The notes: generated from the letters alone by a model not told the origin. DNA of 32,000 bases from Tannockella kyphosi (GCF_021054785.1 NZ_CP088239.1:1590001-1622000), one strand, 5' to 3'; positions 9,791 through 20,296 are shown, counted from the stretch's first letter. Made by a program: numbers and translations.

Positions 9791-11207
9791 AGATGTTTTC
9801 AAAGATAGAAATATATGTTTTTGCACTTTCGTTCCAATCTAAATTAGTAGTCATTGCATTTTCAATAATACTATTCCATTGATCTTTATCATCGTACATT
9901 TCTAGAGCATAATCAATAACATGCATCATATCATAAGAGTTATAATTTGTGAAACTAAATCCTGTTCCTGTTTTTTCAAACTCATTATAAGGTGTTACAC
10001 TATCCTTTAATCCTCCAGTCTCTCTAACAATTGGGATTGTTCCATAACGCATAGACATCATTTGAGAAAGCCCACAAGGTTCAAATAATGATGGCATTAA
10101 GAACATATCACAACCTCCATAAATACGACATGACAATCCAAAATCATACTTCATATTTAAAGATAATTTACCTGGATACATCCAATCAATTTGATTGAAT
10201 TGTTGTTCTAATTCAAAATCACCTGCTCCAAGTAATACTACTTGAACATCTCTTTCCATTAAAGTATGGATTTGTTCTAAAATTAAACTAACTCCTTTTT
10301 GCCAAGTAAGTCTTGTAACAATACCAATTAATGGAATATCTTTATCTTCTACTAATCCTACTTCTTTTTGTAAAGCAACTTTATTGACATACTTTGATTC
10401 AATCGTTGCTAGATCAAAATTTTCTACCAACGCAGGATCTGTTGTTGGATTGTTTGTAACATAATCAATCCCATTTAAAATCCCATATAAATCGCCTTTT
10501 CTAAGTTCAAGAATATGTTGTAATCCTTCACCATATTCATTCGTTAAGATTTCTTGTGCATAGGTTGGTGATACTGTAGTGATAATATCACTATATAAAA
10601 TAGCACCTTTCATCATATTAAAGCAATCATCATTACGTAAATTACCTGATGTATATAAAGATTCAGATAATCCAAATACACTTTGTACTAAAGATGGTGC
10701 TGCTTTTCCTTGATAAGCAATATTATGAATTGTAAATACTAACTTAATATTTGCATAATAAGGATGCATACTATATTTTTCACGATACAAAGGAGCAATC
10801 ATTGCAGTTTGCCAATCATGCATGTGTAAGATATTTACTTCTAATTGTAAATGTGAAATTAATTCTAAAACTGCAAAATCAAAATAAGCATAACGAAGAT
10901 TATCATCATCATAACCATATAACCCAGGTCTTTTAAAATATTCTTCATTATCAATAAAATAGAAACGAACTCCATTCTTTTCACACGTAAAGACACCACA
11001 ATGTTTTTTACGCCATCCTAAATAAATATCATAGCTAGTAACATACTCTAAATCTTCACGGCATTTCAAATCCGCATACAGTGGTAAAACAACTGTACAA
11101 TCATGTCCCATTTCCACAAAAGCTTGTGGTAAAGAACCAACAACGTCTGCTAACCCTCCAGATTTAATAAATGGTGCACATTCACTAGTAGCCATTACTA
11201 TTTTCAT
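9789..11207 (-). CDS. glgA: Glycogen synthase (ADP-glucose type)
   Basis: N-terminal ECAPFIKSGGLADVVGSLP motif, 472 aa, last gene of the glg operon. Confidence 0.9.
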   Translation of the reverse strand: MKIVMATSECAPFIKSGGLADVVGSLPQAFVEMGHDCTVVLPLYADLKCREDLEYVTSYDIYLGWRKKHCGVFTCEKNGVRFYFIDNEEYFKRPGLYGYDDDNLRYAYFDFAVLELISHLQLEVNILHMHDWQTAMIAPLYREKYSMHPYYANIKLVFTIHNIAYQGKAAPSLVQSVFGLSESLYTSGNLRNDDCFNMMKGAILYSDIITTVSPTYAQEILTNEYGEGLQHILELRKGDLYGILNGIDYVTNNPTTDPALVENFDLATIESKYVNKVALQKEVGLVEDKDIPLIGIVTRLTWQKGVSLILEQIHTLMERDVQVVLLGAGDFELEQQFNQIDWMYPGKLSLNMKYDFGLSCRIYGGCDMFLMPSLFEPCGLSQMMSMRYGTIPIVRETGGLKDSVTPYNEFEKTGTGFSFTNYNSYDMMHVIDYALEMYDDKDQWNSIIENAMTTNLDWNESAKTYISIFENI

Positions 11208-12316
11208 TAAACAACATCTCCTTCTTTAACATAAAGTGGTTCAATGCTTGTACCAGTTAAAGACTTCGATACTTCTACTTTAGAATCTTTATCTAAAATT
11301 ACATTTTCTAAAACTGCTCCTGGTCCTACTACAGAACCTGATAATAAGATACTGTTTTTAACAACCGCTCCAGTTCCAATAACTACATCACGACCAATAA
11401 TACTATTTTCTACATGTCCATCAACAATTGCTCCATTAGCGACAAAACCTTTTTTCACTTTCGCATTTGCTTTATATTTTGATGGTGGTGTATCTTTTGT
11501 ATTTGTATAAATAGGCCAATTTGATTTAAATACAGTAGAGAATATTTCAATATCTAAGAACTCTAAAGAATGTTTATAATAAGCTTCTAGAGAATTTAAA
11601 CATGTTGCATATCCACGATATTCATATGCAGCAATATCTGCTTCATCGCATAAATAACCTAAAATATCACTTAAATCAAAGAACGCACTAACACTACTTG
11701 ATTTTTTCATTAATTTCATTAAGTAATCTAAATTAATAACATAAGTACTCAATGACATACATCTTTTTTTACGATTTCCTTTATTTACTACTACTTCAAT
11801 AATCTTATTATTTTTTACACTAACATATTTTTCACCAATAAATGATTTATCAGCATCGTCAATGTTTTTATAAACCATTGTAATTTTACTTCCTGATTTT
11901 TCATGAGCCTCTACTACTTCACTATAGTTTAGTGTTGTAATAATATGTGCAGGAGCAATTACTACATAATCTGCTTTTGTTTTATTAAAGAAATATTTGT
12001 TTTCAATCATGTTATTAATATCATGATTGTAATGAGGATTATTCGCATATTTTTCATTATATAATAACGAAATTCCTCCTGATTTTGAGTTAAAATTCCA
12101 TGAGTTACCAAGTCCCATATGTTTAAATAATGATCTAGGTTTTTCTTTAATTAATACACCAACACTATCAATCCCTGAATTTGAAAAGTTTGATAATGCA
12201 AAATCAATAATTCCATATCTTCCTAAAAAACTTACTGAAGCCGCTGGTCTTCTTTCTGTTAATCCTTTGTAATCTACATTCGCATGAAGATTTACTAATC
12301 CTATTACTTTTGCCAT
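11207..12316 (-). CDS. glgD: Glucose-1-phosphate adenylyltransferase regulatory subunit GlgD
   Basis: GlgC paralogue lacking the GGxGxRL motif (FLGRYGIIDFALSNFSNSGI). It sits in the typical Firmicute position between glgC and glgA and shares 1 nt with the glgA start. Confidence 0.85.
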   Translation of the reverse strand: MAKVIGLVNLHANVDYKGLTERRPAASVSFLGRYGIIDFALSNFSNSGIDSVGVLIKEKPRSLFKHMGLGNSWNFNSKSGGISLLYNEKYANNPHYNHDINNMIENKYFFNKTKADYVVIAPAHIITTLNYSEVVEAHEKSGSKITMVYKNIDDADKSFIGEKYVSVKNNKIIEVVVNKGNRKKRCMSLSTYVINLDYLMKLMKKSSSVSAFFDLSDILGYLCDEADIAAYEYRGYATCLNSLEAYYKHSLEFLDIEIFSTVFKSNWPIYTNTKDTPPSKYKANAKVKKGFVANGAIVDGHVENSIIGRDVVIGTGAVVKNSILLSGSVVGPGAVLENVILDKDSKVEVSKSLTGTSIEPLYVKEGDVV

Positions 12317-12328
12317 ATTATCTCCCTC

Positions 12329-13453
12329 CTAGTCATTATTAGAAACTAACGCCACATTTTTAGCTTCTTTATTTATTATTGTTCCACTTGTAACTACTAC
12401 ATTTTCATCAATAATTGCTTTATATACTTCTGCACCCTCTTCAATTAATGCTCCTGGCATAACAACTGAATCAACAACTTTTGCACCATTTCCTACATGC
12501 ACACTATCAAACAATACTGATCCTTTTACTTCACCTTCAATAATACATCCTTGTGTAACCATTGAATTCGTAATATCACCTTGTTCACCAATAATTTGTG
12601 GATGACTATTAGTATCTCCTGTATAAATTTTCCAATCTCTTTTTAAATTATACATATCTAAATCTTCATCTGATAATAAATCAATATTAGCTTGCCATAA
12701 ACTTTCTACAGTTCCTACATCTTTCCAATATCCTGCAAATTCATAAGCAAATAGTTTTTTCCCTGCATTTAACATAGCTGGAATAATATTCATACCAAAG
12801 TCATGTTTACTATCCGCAACTGCTGCATCATCCACTAAATATTTCTTTAGTTCTTTATATGTAAAGATATAAATACCCATTGACGCTAATGTAGATTTTG
12901 GATGTTCTGGTTTTTCTTCAAACTCATAAATGGTTCCATCTTCTTTTGCATTCATAATACCAAAACGACTAGCTTCTTCTAAACTTACATTTAATACTGC
13001 AATTGTACAATCCGCATTTTCTTTTTTATGCTCTTCTAACATTTTATCATAATCCATTTTATAAATATGATCTCCTGATAAAATCAATACATATTCTGGA
13101 TCATATTCATCTAAAAAGCTGATGTTTTGATAAATTGCATCCGCAGTACCTGCATACCATGTAGCTCCTACTTCTCCACGTTCACGGGCTGGTAAAATAG
13201 CTGCTGAAGAATTACTTCCACTAAGCCCCCATTTAATCCCTGACCCTACATAAGTACCTAATAATACCGATTCATATTGTGTTAATACACCTACTACATC
13301 GATACCTGAATTTGCACAGTTACTTAATGGGAAATCAATAATACGATACTTCCCTCCAAAATACACTGCTGGTTTAGCGATGTGAGCTGTTAACGCTTCT
13401 AGACGCGTTCCTCTCCCACCAGCTAAGATCATTGCTACCATTTCTCTGTTCAT
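12329..13453 (-). CDS. glgC: Glucose-1-phosphate adenylyltransferase
   Basis: ILAGGRGTRLEALT motif, RIIDFPLSNCANSGI, and a C-terminal left-handed beta-helix repeat region. Confidence 0.9.
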   Translation of the reverse strand: MNREMVAMILAGGRGTRLEALTAHIAKPAVYFGGKYRIIDFPLSNCANSGIDVVGVLTQYESVLLGTYVGSGIKWGLSGSNSSAAILPARERGEVGATWYAGTADAIYQNISFLDEYDPEYVLILSGDHIYKMDYDKMLEEHKKENADCTIAVLNVSLEEASRFGIMNAKEDGTIYEFEEKPEHPKSTLASMGIYIFTYKELKKYLVDDAAVADSKHDFGMNIIPAMLNAGKKLFAYEFAGYWKDVGTVESLWQANIDLLSDEDLDMYNLKRDWKIYTGDTNSHPQIIGEQGDITNSMVTQGCIIEGEVKGSVLFDSVHVGNGAKVVDSVVMPGALIEEGAEVYKAIIDENVVVTSGTIINKEAKNVALVSNND

Positions 13454-13476
13454 TTTCTTTCCTCCCAGTTCTTTTG

Positions 13477-15525
13477 TTATTTTTCCACGATAATGTATGT
13501 TTCTAGCGGCTCAATACATACAGATGAAAATTCTTTTTTTATGCTATTAGCACTTGTAAGAAAGACAAGTTGATCATCTTCCAAACAATAATGTGGACTC
13601 TCATTCGTTGGATTTACTATAATAGTAACCCTTTTTTCTCCCTCTAAATGATAAACTAAAATAGAATGCTCTAATTTTTCAATACGTAAAGACTTTTCTA
13701 TTTCCTTTTTATCCTTTAGTTTTAAATTAGAAAATGATTTTCTAAAAGCAATTAATGCTTTTACCCATCCTACTTGTTCAATATAAGTTTCCTTATTCTC
13801 CCAACGTATATGATTAATATCATCTCCTGCATTATAACTGTTTTCACAGCCTAATTTACTACGACAAAATTCTTGTCCTCCATGAATAAATGGAATTCCT
13901 GGACTTAATAAAATCATTGCATTCAACATTTTTTGTTGCTTTAAGCGAATTTCCAAAGAAAAATCAGTATGTTCCTGGATAAAATCAAATAATGTTAAAT
14001 TATCATGACAAGATACATAATTTAAAGATTGCATTGGCTCTTTCCAATTCGATTGATATGTTAAAACATGAACCAGTTTTTCATAACGACTTTGATTTCC
14101 CAAAGCATATCCTAAATACTGATTATCACCACGCATTAAATCTCTAAATTCATCATTAAAGAAGCTAATATTTGGCATCTTTTGTTGATTTACACTCATT
14201 GCCTTTTGATTATTAGCTAACATAGTGGGCATATCCCACCCTTCTCCATATACTACAAAAGAAGGATTAATCTCTTTACATCTCTTTTCAATCTCATTTA
14301 TTGTATCAATATCTAAAATCCCCATTAAATCAAAACGGAACCCATCAAAACCATAAATCTTTGTCCAACGTATTGCCATATCTACTAAATACTTACGTAC
14401 CATTAAACTAGCACTATTTATATCATTAGAACAAAAACTACCATTTGACATATTCATCCAATCATCATTACGGAAATAATAATAAGGTACTAACTTTTGA
14501 AAACTAGACGTATCAATATCATAAACATGATTAAACACAATGTCCATTACTGCATATATCCCACGACGATGAACTTCATTCACCATTTCAACACATTCAT
14601 TAACACGACATAACGGATCATAACAATCACTGCTATAGCTACCTTCTGGTACTCCAAATTGCATTGGATCATAACCCCAATTATATAACAACTCTGGCTT
14701 TGTTTCTTCTACTGATGCAAAATCATGAATTGGAAGAAATTGAAGATGAGTAATCCCCAAAGATACAATATGATCGATCCCTGTTGATAATCCATTTTTA
14801 GTTTTTAAACCTGGTTCTACAAAGCTCCTATACGTACCTTTTTTTGTATAATCACGGATACTTGCTTCATAAATAATCATTTCATGTTTTTTAATTAATT
14901 TTTTATTAGGAATAGAATTACTAATATATTCCTTTGCAATCACAACACTTTCTTTCCCATTTGCACTACTACTATAGGCATATGGATCTATTGTTTCTTG
15001 ATAATCTTGACCATCATAAACTAAATAAGTATATGTTGCTTTATGTAAATCTCCTAAAACATCCACAAAATATACTCCACGATCATGGCGTTCCATTTCA
15101 ACAACATGTTGTTTACCATCCAGTGTGTATTTTAATAACATCCCACAACTTGTAGGTGACCACACTTTAAAACTAGTATGATGCTTGTGATAACTTGCTC
15201 CCAAGTCATCACCATCATAAAAGTATACACGATCAAACAAAGGATCATTTACAATCCCTCGACACGCTATATAACGAGTTAAACCATAATTATTTAATAT
15301 TTGATAAGGATGTCCTAATCGGATATTATCTACAAGCAATTCATACACATGATATTCTCTATCTAAATAGTCATGAACTATTTTTGCTTCTTTTATTTTA
15401 TTGTGATCAATATCCTTAAGGTAAAAGTTCTTAACAATTCCTTTATAATACTGTTTATCTACCTCTACTTTAATGATATTAAAACGCTCTAAATAAGCAT
15501 TCATAGACATATGCTTCTTACTCAT
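13477..15525 (-). CDS. Type I pullulanase / intracellular glycogen debranching enzyme (GH13)
   Basis: YNWGYDP signature (LLYNWGYDPMQF) and the GH13 motifs DIVFNHV, GFRFDLMG, YGEGWD and YVSCHDN. No signal peptide, so it is probably cytoplasmic. Confidence 0.85.
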   Translation of the reverse strand: MSKKHMSMNAYLERFNIIKVEVDKQYYKGIVKNFYLKDIDHNKIKEAKIVHDYLDREYHVYELLVDNIRLGHPYQILNNYGLTRYIACRGIVNDPLFDRVYFYDGDDLGASYHKHHTSFKVWSPTSCGMLLKYTLDGKQHVVEMERHDRGVYFVDVLGDLHKATYTYLVYDGQDYQETIDPYAYSSSANGKESVVIAKEYISNSIPNKKLIKKHEMIIYEASIRDYTKKGTYRSFVEPGLKTKNGLSTGIDHIVSLGITHLQFLPIHDFASVEETKPELLYNWGYDPMQFGVPEGSYSSDCYDPLCRVNECVEMVNEVHRRGIYAVMDIVFNHVYDIDTSSFQKLVPYYYFRNDDWMNMSNGSFCSNDINSASLMVRKYLVDMAIRWTKIYGFDGFRFDLMGILDIDTINEIEKRCKEINPSFVVYGEGWDMPTMLANNQKAMSVNQQKMPNISFFNDEFRDLMRGDNQYLGYALGNQSRYEKLVHVLTYQSNWKEPMQSLNYVSCHDNLTLFDFIQEHTDFSLEIRLKQQKMLNAMILLSPGIPFIHGGQEFCRSKLGCENSYNAGDDINHIRWENKETYIEQVGWVKALIAFRKSFSNLKLKDKKEIEKSLRIEKLEHSILVYHLEGEKRVTIIVNPTNESPHYCLEDDQLVFLTSANSIKKEFSSVCIEPLETYIIVEK

Positions 15526-15550
15526 AAATTCTCCTTAGTCTTACTCTATA

Positions 15551-17950
15551 TTATAGTTTCTTTACTGGTTCAATATGCCAAATTTCTTTTGCATATTGTC
15601 CAATCGTACGATCTGAAGAGAAATATCCTGATTTCGCAATATTTACTAAACAAATTCTAGCCCATTTCGTTCTATCTTTATATAATTCTTCCACTCTTTT
15701 TTGTGCTTTTACATAACTATCAAAATCAGCTAATAATAAATATTGATCATTATGATTCATTAACTCTTCAAAAACTCCTCTAAACTCTTCAGAAGAAGTT
15801 CCCCACTCTGTACTTAATAAAGAATCAATGACAGTTTTAATACGGAAATCATTGTGGTAAATATCCCAAGAAGAATATGTTCCAGAACGATATGTTTCTT
15901 GTACTTGTTCTTCTGTTAAACCAAAGATAGCACAATTATCATCTCCCACTAATTCATGAATCTCTACATTAGCTCCATCCAATGTACCTACTGTAATAGC
16001 TCCATTCATCATAAACTTCATATTACCAGTACCACTAGCTTCTTTACCAGCTGTTGAAATTTGTTCTGATACATCTGCAGCAGGCATAATCATTTCAGCC
16101 AATGTAACTCCATAGTTTTCCACAAAAATAACTTTTAAATAATCTTTTGTAACTGGATCATTATTTACAACATCCCCAACACTAGTAATTAATTTAATTA
16201 CTTTTTTAGCAAAGAAATAAGCAGGTGCTGCTTTTGCTCCAAAAATAAATGTTCTAGGATAAATTCTAAATTCTGGATTACGTTTCATTTCTTGATATAA
16301 ATAAATAATATGCATTACATTTAATAACTGACGTTTATAAGCATGTAATCTTTTAACTTGGATATCAAAGATAGAATTAACATCTACTTCTACTCCATTA
16401 TGTTCTTTAATATAGGCTGCTAACTCTTCTTTTTTCTGTTTTTTAACATCTAAGAATTGTTCTTGTATTTTTGGATCATCTACAAACGCCATTAAATCTT
16501 CTAATTTATCTGGATTATGAATCCATTCTTCTCCAATTGTTTCTTTTAATAAGTTACGTAATGGTAAATTTGAATACGCTAACCATCTACGGTGTGTAAT
16601 ACCGTTTGTTTTATTATTAAATTTATTTGGATACAATGTAGCAAAATGTTTCATTTCTGAATTAATTAAAATATTTGTATGAATACGAGCTACTCCATTA
16701 ACACTATAACTACCAGCAATCGCTAAATGTGCCATATGTACTTGATCATCTTTAATAATACGTACATGATTTAATACTTCTTCTGGATTATCTGCTACCT
16801 CTTTTACAAAACCAGTAAAACGACGATTAATTTCTTCAATCATCATATAAACACGTGGTAATAAAGCACGCATAATATCAACAGGCCATTTTTCTAATGC
16901 TTCTGATAAGATAGTATGGTTTGTATAAGCCATTGTTTGTTTCACAATACTCCATGCATCTAACCATTCATAATCATATTCATCTACTAAAATACGCATT
17001 AATTCAGGTATTGCTAGAACTGGATGAGTATCATTTAATTGAATTGTATGTTTTTCATGGAAATTATCTAAATTTGGATATTGTCTTAAATGAGCTTTTA
17101 CAATTGCTTGCACACCTGCAGAAACAAAGAAATATTGTTGTTTTAAACGTAAAACACGACCTGCTTGTGTTGAATCATCAGGATATAAGTTTTGACAAAT
17201 TTCATTAACTTCTTGTGAATACTGTCTAAAGTCTTTATTCGTAGGAATGTTATCACTTACTTCAGATGACCACATACGCAACGTATTTGTAACAAAAGTA
17301 TCATTACCTACAATAGGTATATCATAAGGTACAGCACGAATACATTCTGCATCAACATGTGTAAATTTACCCGTTTGTTCATCCCAAACCACACGTCCCC
17401 AGAATTTAACATCTACCATATGTTTTGATTTTCTAATTTCCCATTTGTTTGTTAAACTCATCCATTGATCAGGTATCTCTGTTTGATATCCATCTACCAT
17501 CTTTTGTTTAAATAAACCAAATTGATAACGAATTGTATTCCCATGACCAGGTAGAGAACTAGACGCTAAAGAATCTAAGAAACAAGCAGCTAATCGACCA
17601 AGTCCCCCATTTCCTAATCCAGGATCTCTTTCTAAATCTTCTAAATCATGAATATTAATACCTAAATCTGCTAATCCTTCTTTTACCATTTCATAATAAC
17701 CCATATTCATTAAGTTATTTGTAAGTAAACGTCCCATTAAGAATTCCATTGAAAAATAATGAACTTCCTTTTGTTCGTTATCATGAACACATTTTTTTGT
17801 ATCCGCCCAATTCTTTGAAGTTTGGACACGTGTCATTCTTTCTAATACAACAAATTGTTCTGTCATATGTGATTCTTCTAAAGGTCTACCATAACTATCT
17901 AGTACTCCTTTACGAAATTGCTCTTTAAATTCCTCTTTACTTGTGAACAT
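15551..17950 (-). CDS. glgP: Glycogen/maltodextrin phosphorylase (GT35)
   Basis: 799 aa with the PLP-lysine motif EASGTGNMKFMMNGA. An AGGGGGA SD lies inside the glgB 3' end. Confidence 0.9.
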   Translation of the reverse strand: MFTSKEEFKEQFRKGVLDSYGRPLEESHMTEQFVVLERMTRVQTSKNWADTKKCVHDNEQKEVHYFSMEFLMGRLLTNNLMNMGYYEMVKEGLADLGINIHDLEDLERDPGLGNGGLGRLAACFLDSLASSSLPGHGNTIRYQFGLFKQKMVDGYQTEIPDQWMSLTNKWEIRKSKHMVDVKFWGRVVWDEQTGKFTHVDAECIRAVPYDIPIVGNDTFVTNTLRMWSSEVSDNIPTNKDFRQYSQEVNEICQNLYPDDSTQAGRVLRLKQQYFFVSAGVQAIVKAHLRQYPNLDNFHEKHTIQLNDTHPVLAIPELMRILVDEYDYEWLDAWSIVKQTMAYTNHTILSEALEKWPVDIMRALLPRVYMMIEEINRRFTGFVKEVADNPEEVLNHVRIIKDDQVHMAHLAIAGSYSVNGVARIHTNILINSEMKHFATLYPNKFNNKTNGITHRRWLAYSNLPLRNLLKETIGEEWIHNPDKLEDLMAFVDDPKIQEQFLDVKKQKKEELAAYIKEHNGVEVDVNSIFDIQVKRLHAYKRQLLNVMHIIYLYQEMKRNPEFRIYPRTFIFGAKAAPAYFFAKKVIKLITSVGDVVNNDPVTKDYLKVIFVENYGVTLAEMIMPAADVSEQISTAGKEASGTGNMKFMMNGAITVGTLDGANVEIHELVGDDNCAIFGLTEEQVQETYRSGTYSSWDIYHNDFRIKTVIDSLLSTEWGTSSEEFRGVFEELMNHNDQYLLLADFDSYVKAQKRVEELYKDRTKWARICLVNIAKSGYFSSDRTIGQYAKEIWHIEPVKKL

Positions 17951-19820
17951 CTTTTTTCCCCCTAATTTGTTCTTGCCATGTAAATATCATGGATGCATAT
18001 GGTGCAATAATAACAGGTATAAAATATTCTTTACCAAGCACATTTTCTTTTATTGCTTGAATTGGCTCTTTGTTAAACTTATTGCCTCCCGAATAAATCC
18101 CCTTATCACTATTTATTGCTTCTGTATATAAACCCTCTTTTACTACTGGAATCTTATACCCATTGTGATAATTTCCAGTAAAATTCATAACTACAACTAC
18201 TCTTTGCCCTAATTTATCACGTCTTTCATAAGCAAAAACACTTTGTTGATTGTCATCTACTACTAACCATTCAAAACCTTCCATATAATAATCATATTCA
18301 TACATACAAGGATTATGAAGTACAAATTGTTGTAATTCTCGAATGTATCGATGAAATGAGTCATGTACTGGATATTCTAAAATATTCCAACCTAATGACA
18401 TTGATTCATCCCACTCTTTATATTCACCCAACTCATTTCCCATAAAGTTTAACTTTTTACCAGGATGACTATACATATACATATATAGTGTTTTTAGTTG
18501 TGCTAACTTTTGACTATAATCTCCATGTATTTTATCAATAACCGTTCCTTTTGAATGAACTACCTCATCATGAGAGAATGGTAAAATATAGTTTTCTCCA
18601 TAAAAGTAAGCCATTGAAAAAGTCATCAAATGATGATGATATTGACGATGTACTGGATCTAATGACATATATTTAAGTGTGTCATTCATCCAACCTAAAT
18701 CCCATTTATAATCAAAGCCTAATCCACCATCCTGACTAGAACGTGTAACCTTTGGATAATCTGTTGAATCCTCCGCAATTAAAATAGCTCTAGGTACTCT
18801 TTCATTTAGTTTATATGACATACGTTTCATAAACTCAATAGCACCTCTATTTTCACCATTTTCTTTATTCCCTTTATAATAAATCAAATGACTAACTGCA
18901 TCAAATCGAATTCCATCAAAATGATAAACATCAATCCAAAAATGAACTGCTGACATCATAAAACTACGAACTTCTTCTCTACCCAAATCAAAATATACAC
19001 TATCCCATTCGCTATAGCGTAAACTCATATCAGGATACTCATACACACAACCACCATCAAACTCCACTAAACCATGGATATCTTTTACAAAGTGAACTGG
19101 TACAAAATCCATAATCACTCCTACACCAGCTTGATGACAAGCATCAATAAATGCCATTAATTGTTGTGGTTTTCCATAACGACTAGTTGCACTAAAATAA
19201 CCTGTTGATTGATATCCCCAAGAACCATCAAAAGGATGTTCTAACAAAGGCATCAATTCAATATGGGTATAACCCATTTTTATTACATAAGGAATAATTT
19301 TATCAATTAATTCATCATAATTAAAAAATATTCCATCTTCTTCAATCGTTGGTTCTTCTTTCATTTTCCAAGAACCAAAATGCATTTCATAAATAGTAAG
19401 CTTTTTATCAAAAAGCTTATCTTGATTTTCTAACCAACCAGCATCATCCCATTGATAGCTATTTACATCTGCTACCACGCTTGCACTATGAGGTCTAACC
19501 TCACTAGAAAAAGCATATGGGTCACTTTTATAAATCACTTGATCATAACTAGTTGTAATCGCATACTTATAAACACAATCGATAGCAACTCCCGCTACAA
19601 ATACTTCCCATATTCCTTCTGATTTCTTTTCCAAACAATGTGTGTCTACTTCCCAGTTATTAAATTCTCCCACGACAGCTACTTTTTTTGCATTTGGAGC
19701 ATACACACAAAAACGAACCCCTTGTTTGTTTTCGTGATTCATCGGATGAGCACCAAAGATCTTATACGCCTCTAAACATTGTCCTTCATGAAACATTTGT
19801 ACTAAAAAACGATCTAACAT
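17937..19820 (-). CDS. glgB: 1,4-alpha-glucan branching enzyme
   Basis: GH13 branching-enzyme motifs: DFVPVHF, GIRFDAVSH, IAEDST and FSHDEVVH. I place the start at ATG 19820 (MLDRFLVQMF..), preceded by AAAGGAAAGGGGAGAG. The track's 34-aa N-terminal extension runs into the promoter/terminator region. There is a 14-nt overlap with glgP. Confidence 0.9.
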   Translation of the reverse strand: MLDRFLVQMFHEGQCLEAYKIFGAHPMNHENKQGVRFCVYAPNAKKVAVVGEFNNWEVDTHCLEKKSEGIWEVFVAGVAIDCVYKYAITTSYDQVIYKSDPYAFSSEVRPHSASVVADVNSYQWDDAGWLENQDKLFDKKLTIYEMHFGSWKMKEEPTIEEDGIFFNYDELIDKIIPYVIKMGYTHIELMPLLEHPFDGSWGYQSTGYFSATSRYGKPQQLMAFIDACHQAGVGVIMDFVPVHFVKDIHGLVEFDGGCVYEYPDMSLRYSEWDSVYFDLGREEVRSFMMSAVHFWIDVYHFDGIRFDAVSHLIYYKGNKENGENRGAIEFMKRMSYKLNERVPRAILIAEDSTDYPKVTRSSQDGGLGFDYKWDLGWMNDTLKYMSLDPVHRQYHHHLMTFSMAYFYGENYILPFSHDEVVHSKGTVIDKIHGDYSQKLAQLKTLYMYMYSHPGKKLNFMGNELGEYKEWDESMSLGWNILEYPVHDSFHRYIRELQQFVLHNPCMYEYDYYMEGFEWLVVDDNQQSVFAYERRDKLGQRVVVVMNFTGNYHNGYKIPVVKEGLYTEAINSDKGIYSGGNKFNKEPIQAIKENVLGKEYFIPVIIAPYASMIFTWQEQIRGKKDVHK

Positions 19821-19845
19821 ACTGCTCTCCCCTTTCCTTTTTTCT

Positions 19846-19854
19846 ATTATATCA
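19846..19854 (-). promoter_or_regulatory. Candidate extended -10 (TGaTATAAT) of the glg operon promoter
   Basis: Minus strand reads TTTTGATATAATAG about 26 nt upstream of the glgB ATG. The -35 is weak. Confidence 0.3.
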
Positions 19855-19903
19855 AAATTAATAAGTAATAAAAAGTTAAAGCCAAAATTTAACTTAATAT
19901 TAG

Positions 19904-19941
19904 TAAAAAAATAAGGTAGCACTGATTATCTCGTGCTACCT
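19904..19941 (-). terminator. Intrinsic terminator after the HPr-like gene
   Basis: Minus strand reads AGGTAGCAC-gagataatca-GTGCTACCT followed by TATTTTTTT. Confidence 0.6.
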
Positions 19942-19953
19942 CCAATCTCCCCA

Positions 19954-20217
19954 CTATTCACTAATACCATATTCTACTAAGACAGTTTTAATTTTTTCAA
20001 TAGCAGCTACTTCATCGCCGCCTTCTGCTCTAACAGTACATATTGCTTTTGTAGGAACTCCTAATGCAATCAATCCCATGATTGATTTCAAGCTAGCCGT
20101 TTTTCCATTATATTCCAGTGTTAACTTGCTATCGTATACACCAACTTGACTAACTAATTGTGATAATAATTTGGCATGTAACCCAAGTGGGTCTAGCACA
20201 ATAAAATCATGTGTCAT
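19954..20217 (-). CDS. HPr-family phosphocarrier protein paralogue
   Basis: 87 aa. The GLHAK region (His14) and SLKSIMG (Ser45) align with the HPr His15 and Ser46 regions. The canonical HARPA is replaced by HAKLL. Confidence 0.8.
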   Translation of the reverse strand: MTHDFIVLDPLGLHAKLLSQLVSQVGVYDSKLTLEYNGKTASLKSIMGLIALGVPTKAICTVRAEGGDEVAAIEKIKTVLVEYGISE

Positions 20218-20246
20218 AACTTGCCCTCCTCGTATTCTATAGCCTC

Positions 20247-20275
20247 ATTATACACCTATAAAAGAATACTTTCAA
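20247..20275 (-). promoter_or_regulatory. Sigma-A promoter of the HPr-like gene
   Basis: Minus strand reads TTGAAA, 17 nt, TATAAT. A GAGGAGGG SD follows downstream. Confidence 0.45.
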
Positions 20276-20282
20276 ACAAAAA

Positions 20283-20296
20283 TGATAGCGGTTACA
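20283..20296. promoter_or_regulatory. cre (CcpA catabolite-responsive element) candidate
   Basis: TGATAGCGGTTACA (minus strand TGTAACCGCTATCA) fits the TGWNANCGNTNWCA consensus at every constrained position. It lies 7 nt upstream of the -35. Confidence 0.5.

Noticed and set aside
19821-19922. N-terminal extensions of track ORFs: glgB 19821-19922, livH 4794-4850 and polymerase 22145-22207
   Set aside because: The extensions lack SDs, run through promoter, terminator or hairpin sequence, and add non-homologous hydrophobic junk ahead of well-conserved canonical N-termini that do have good SDs.
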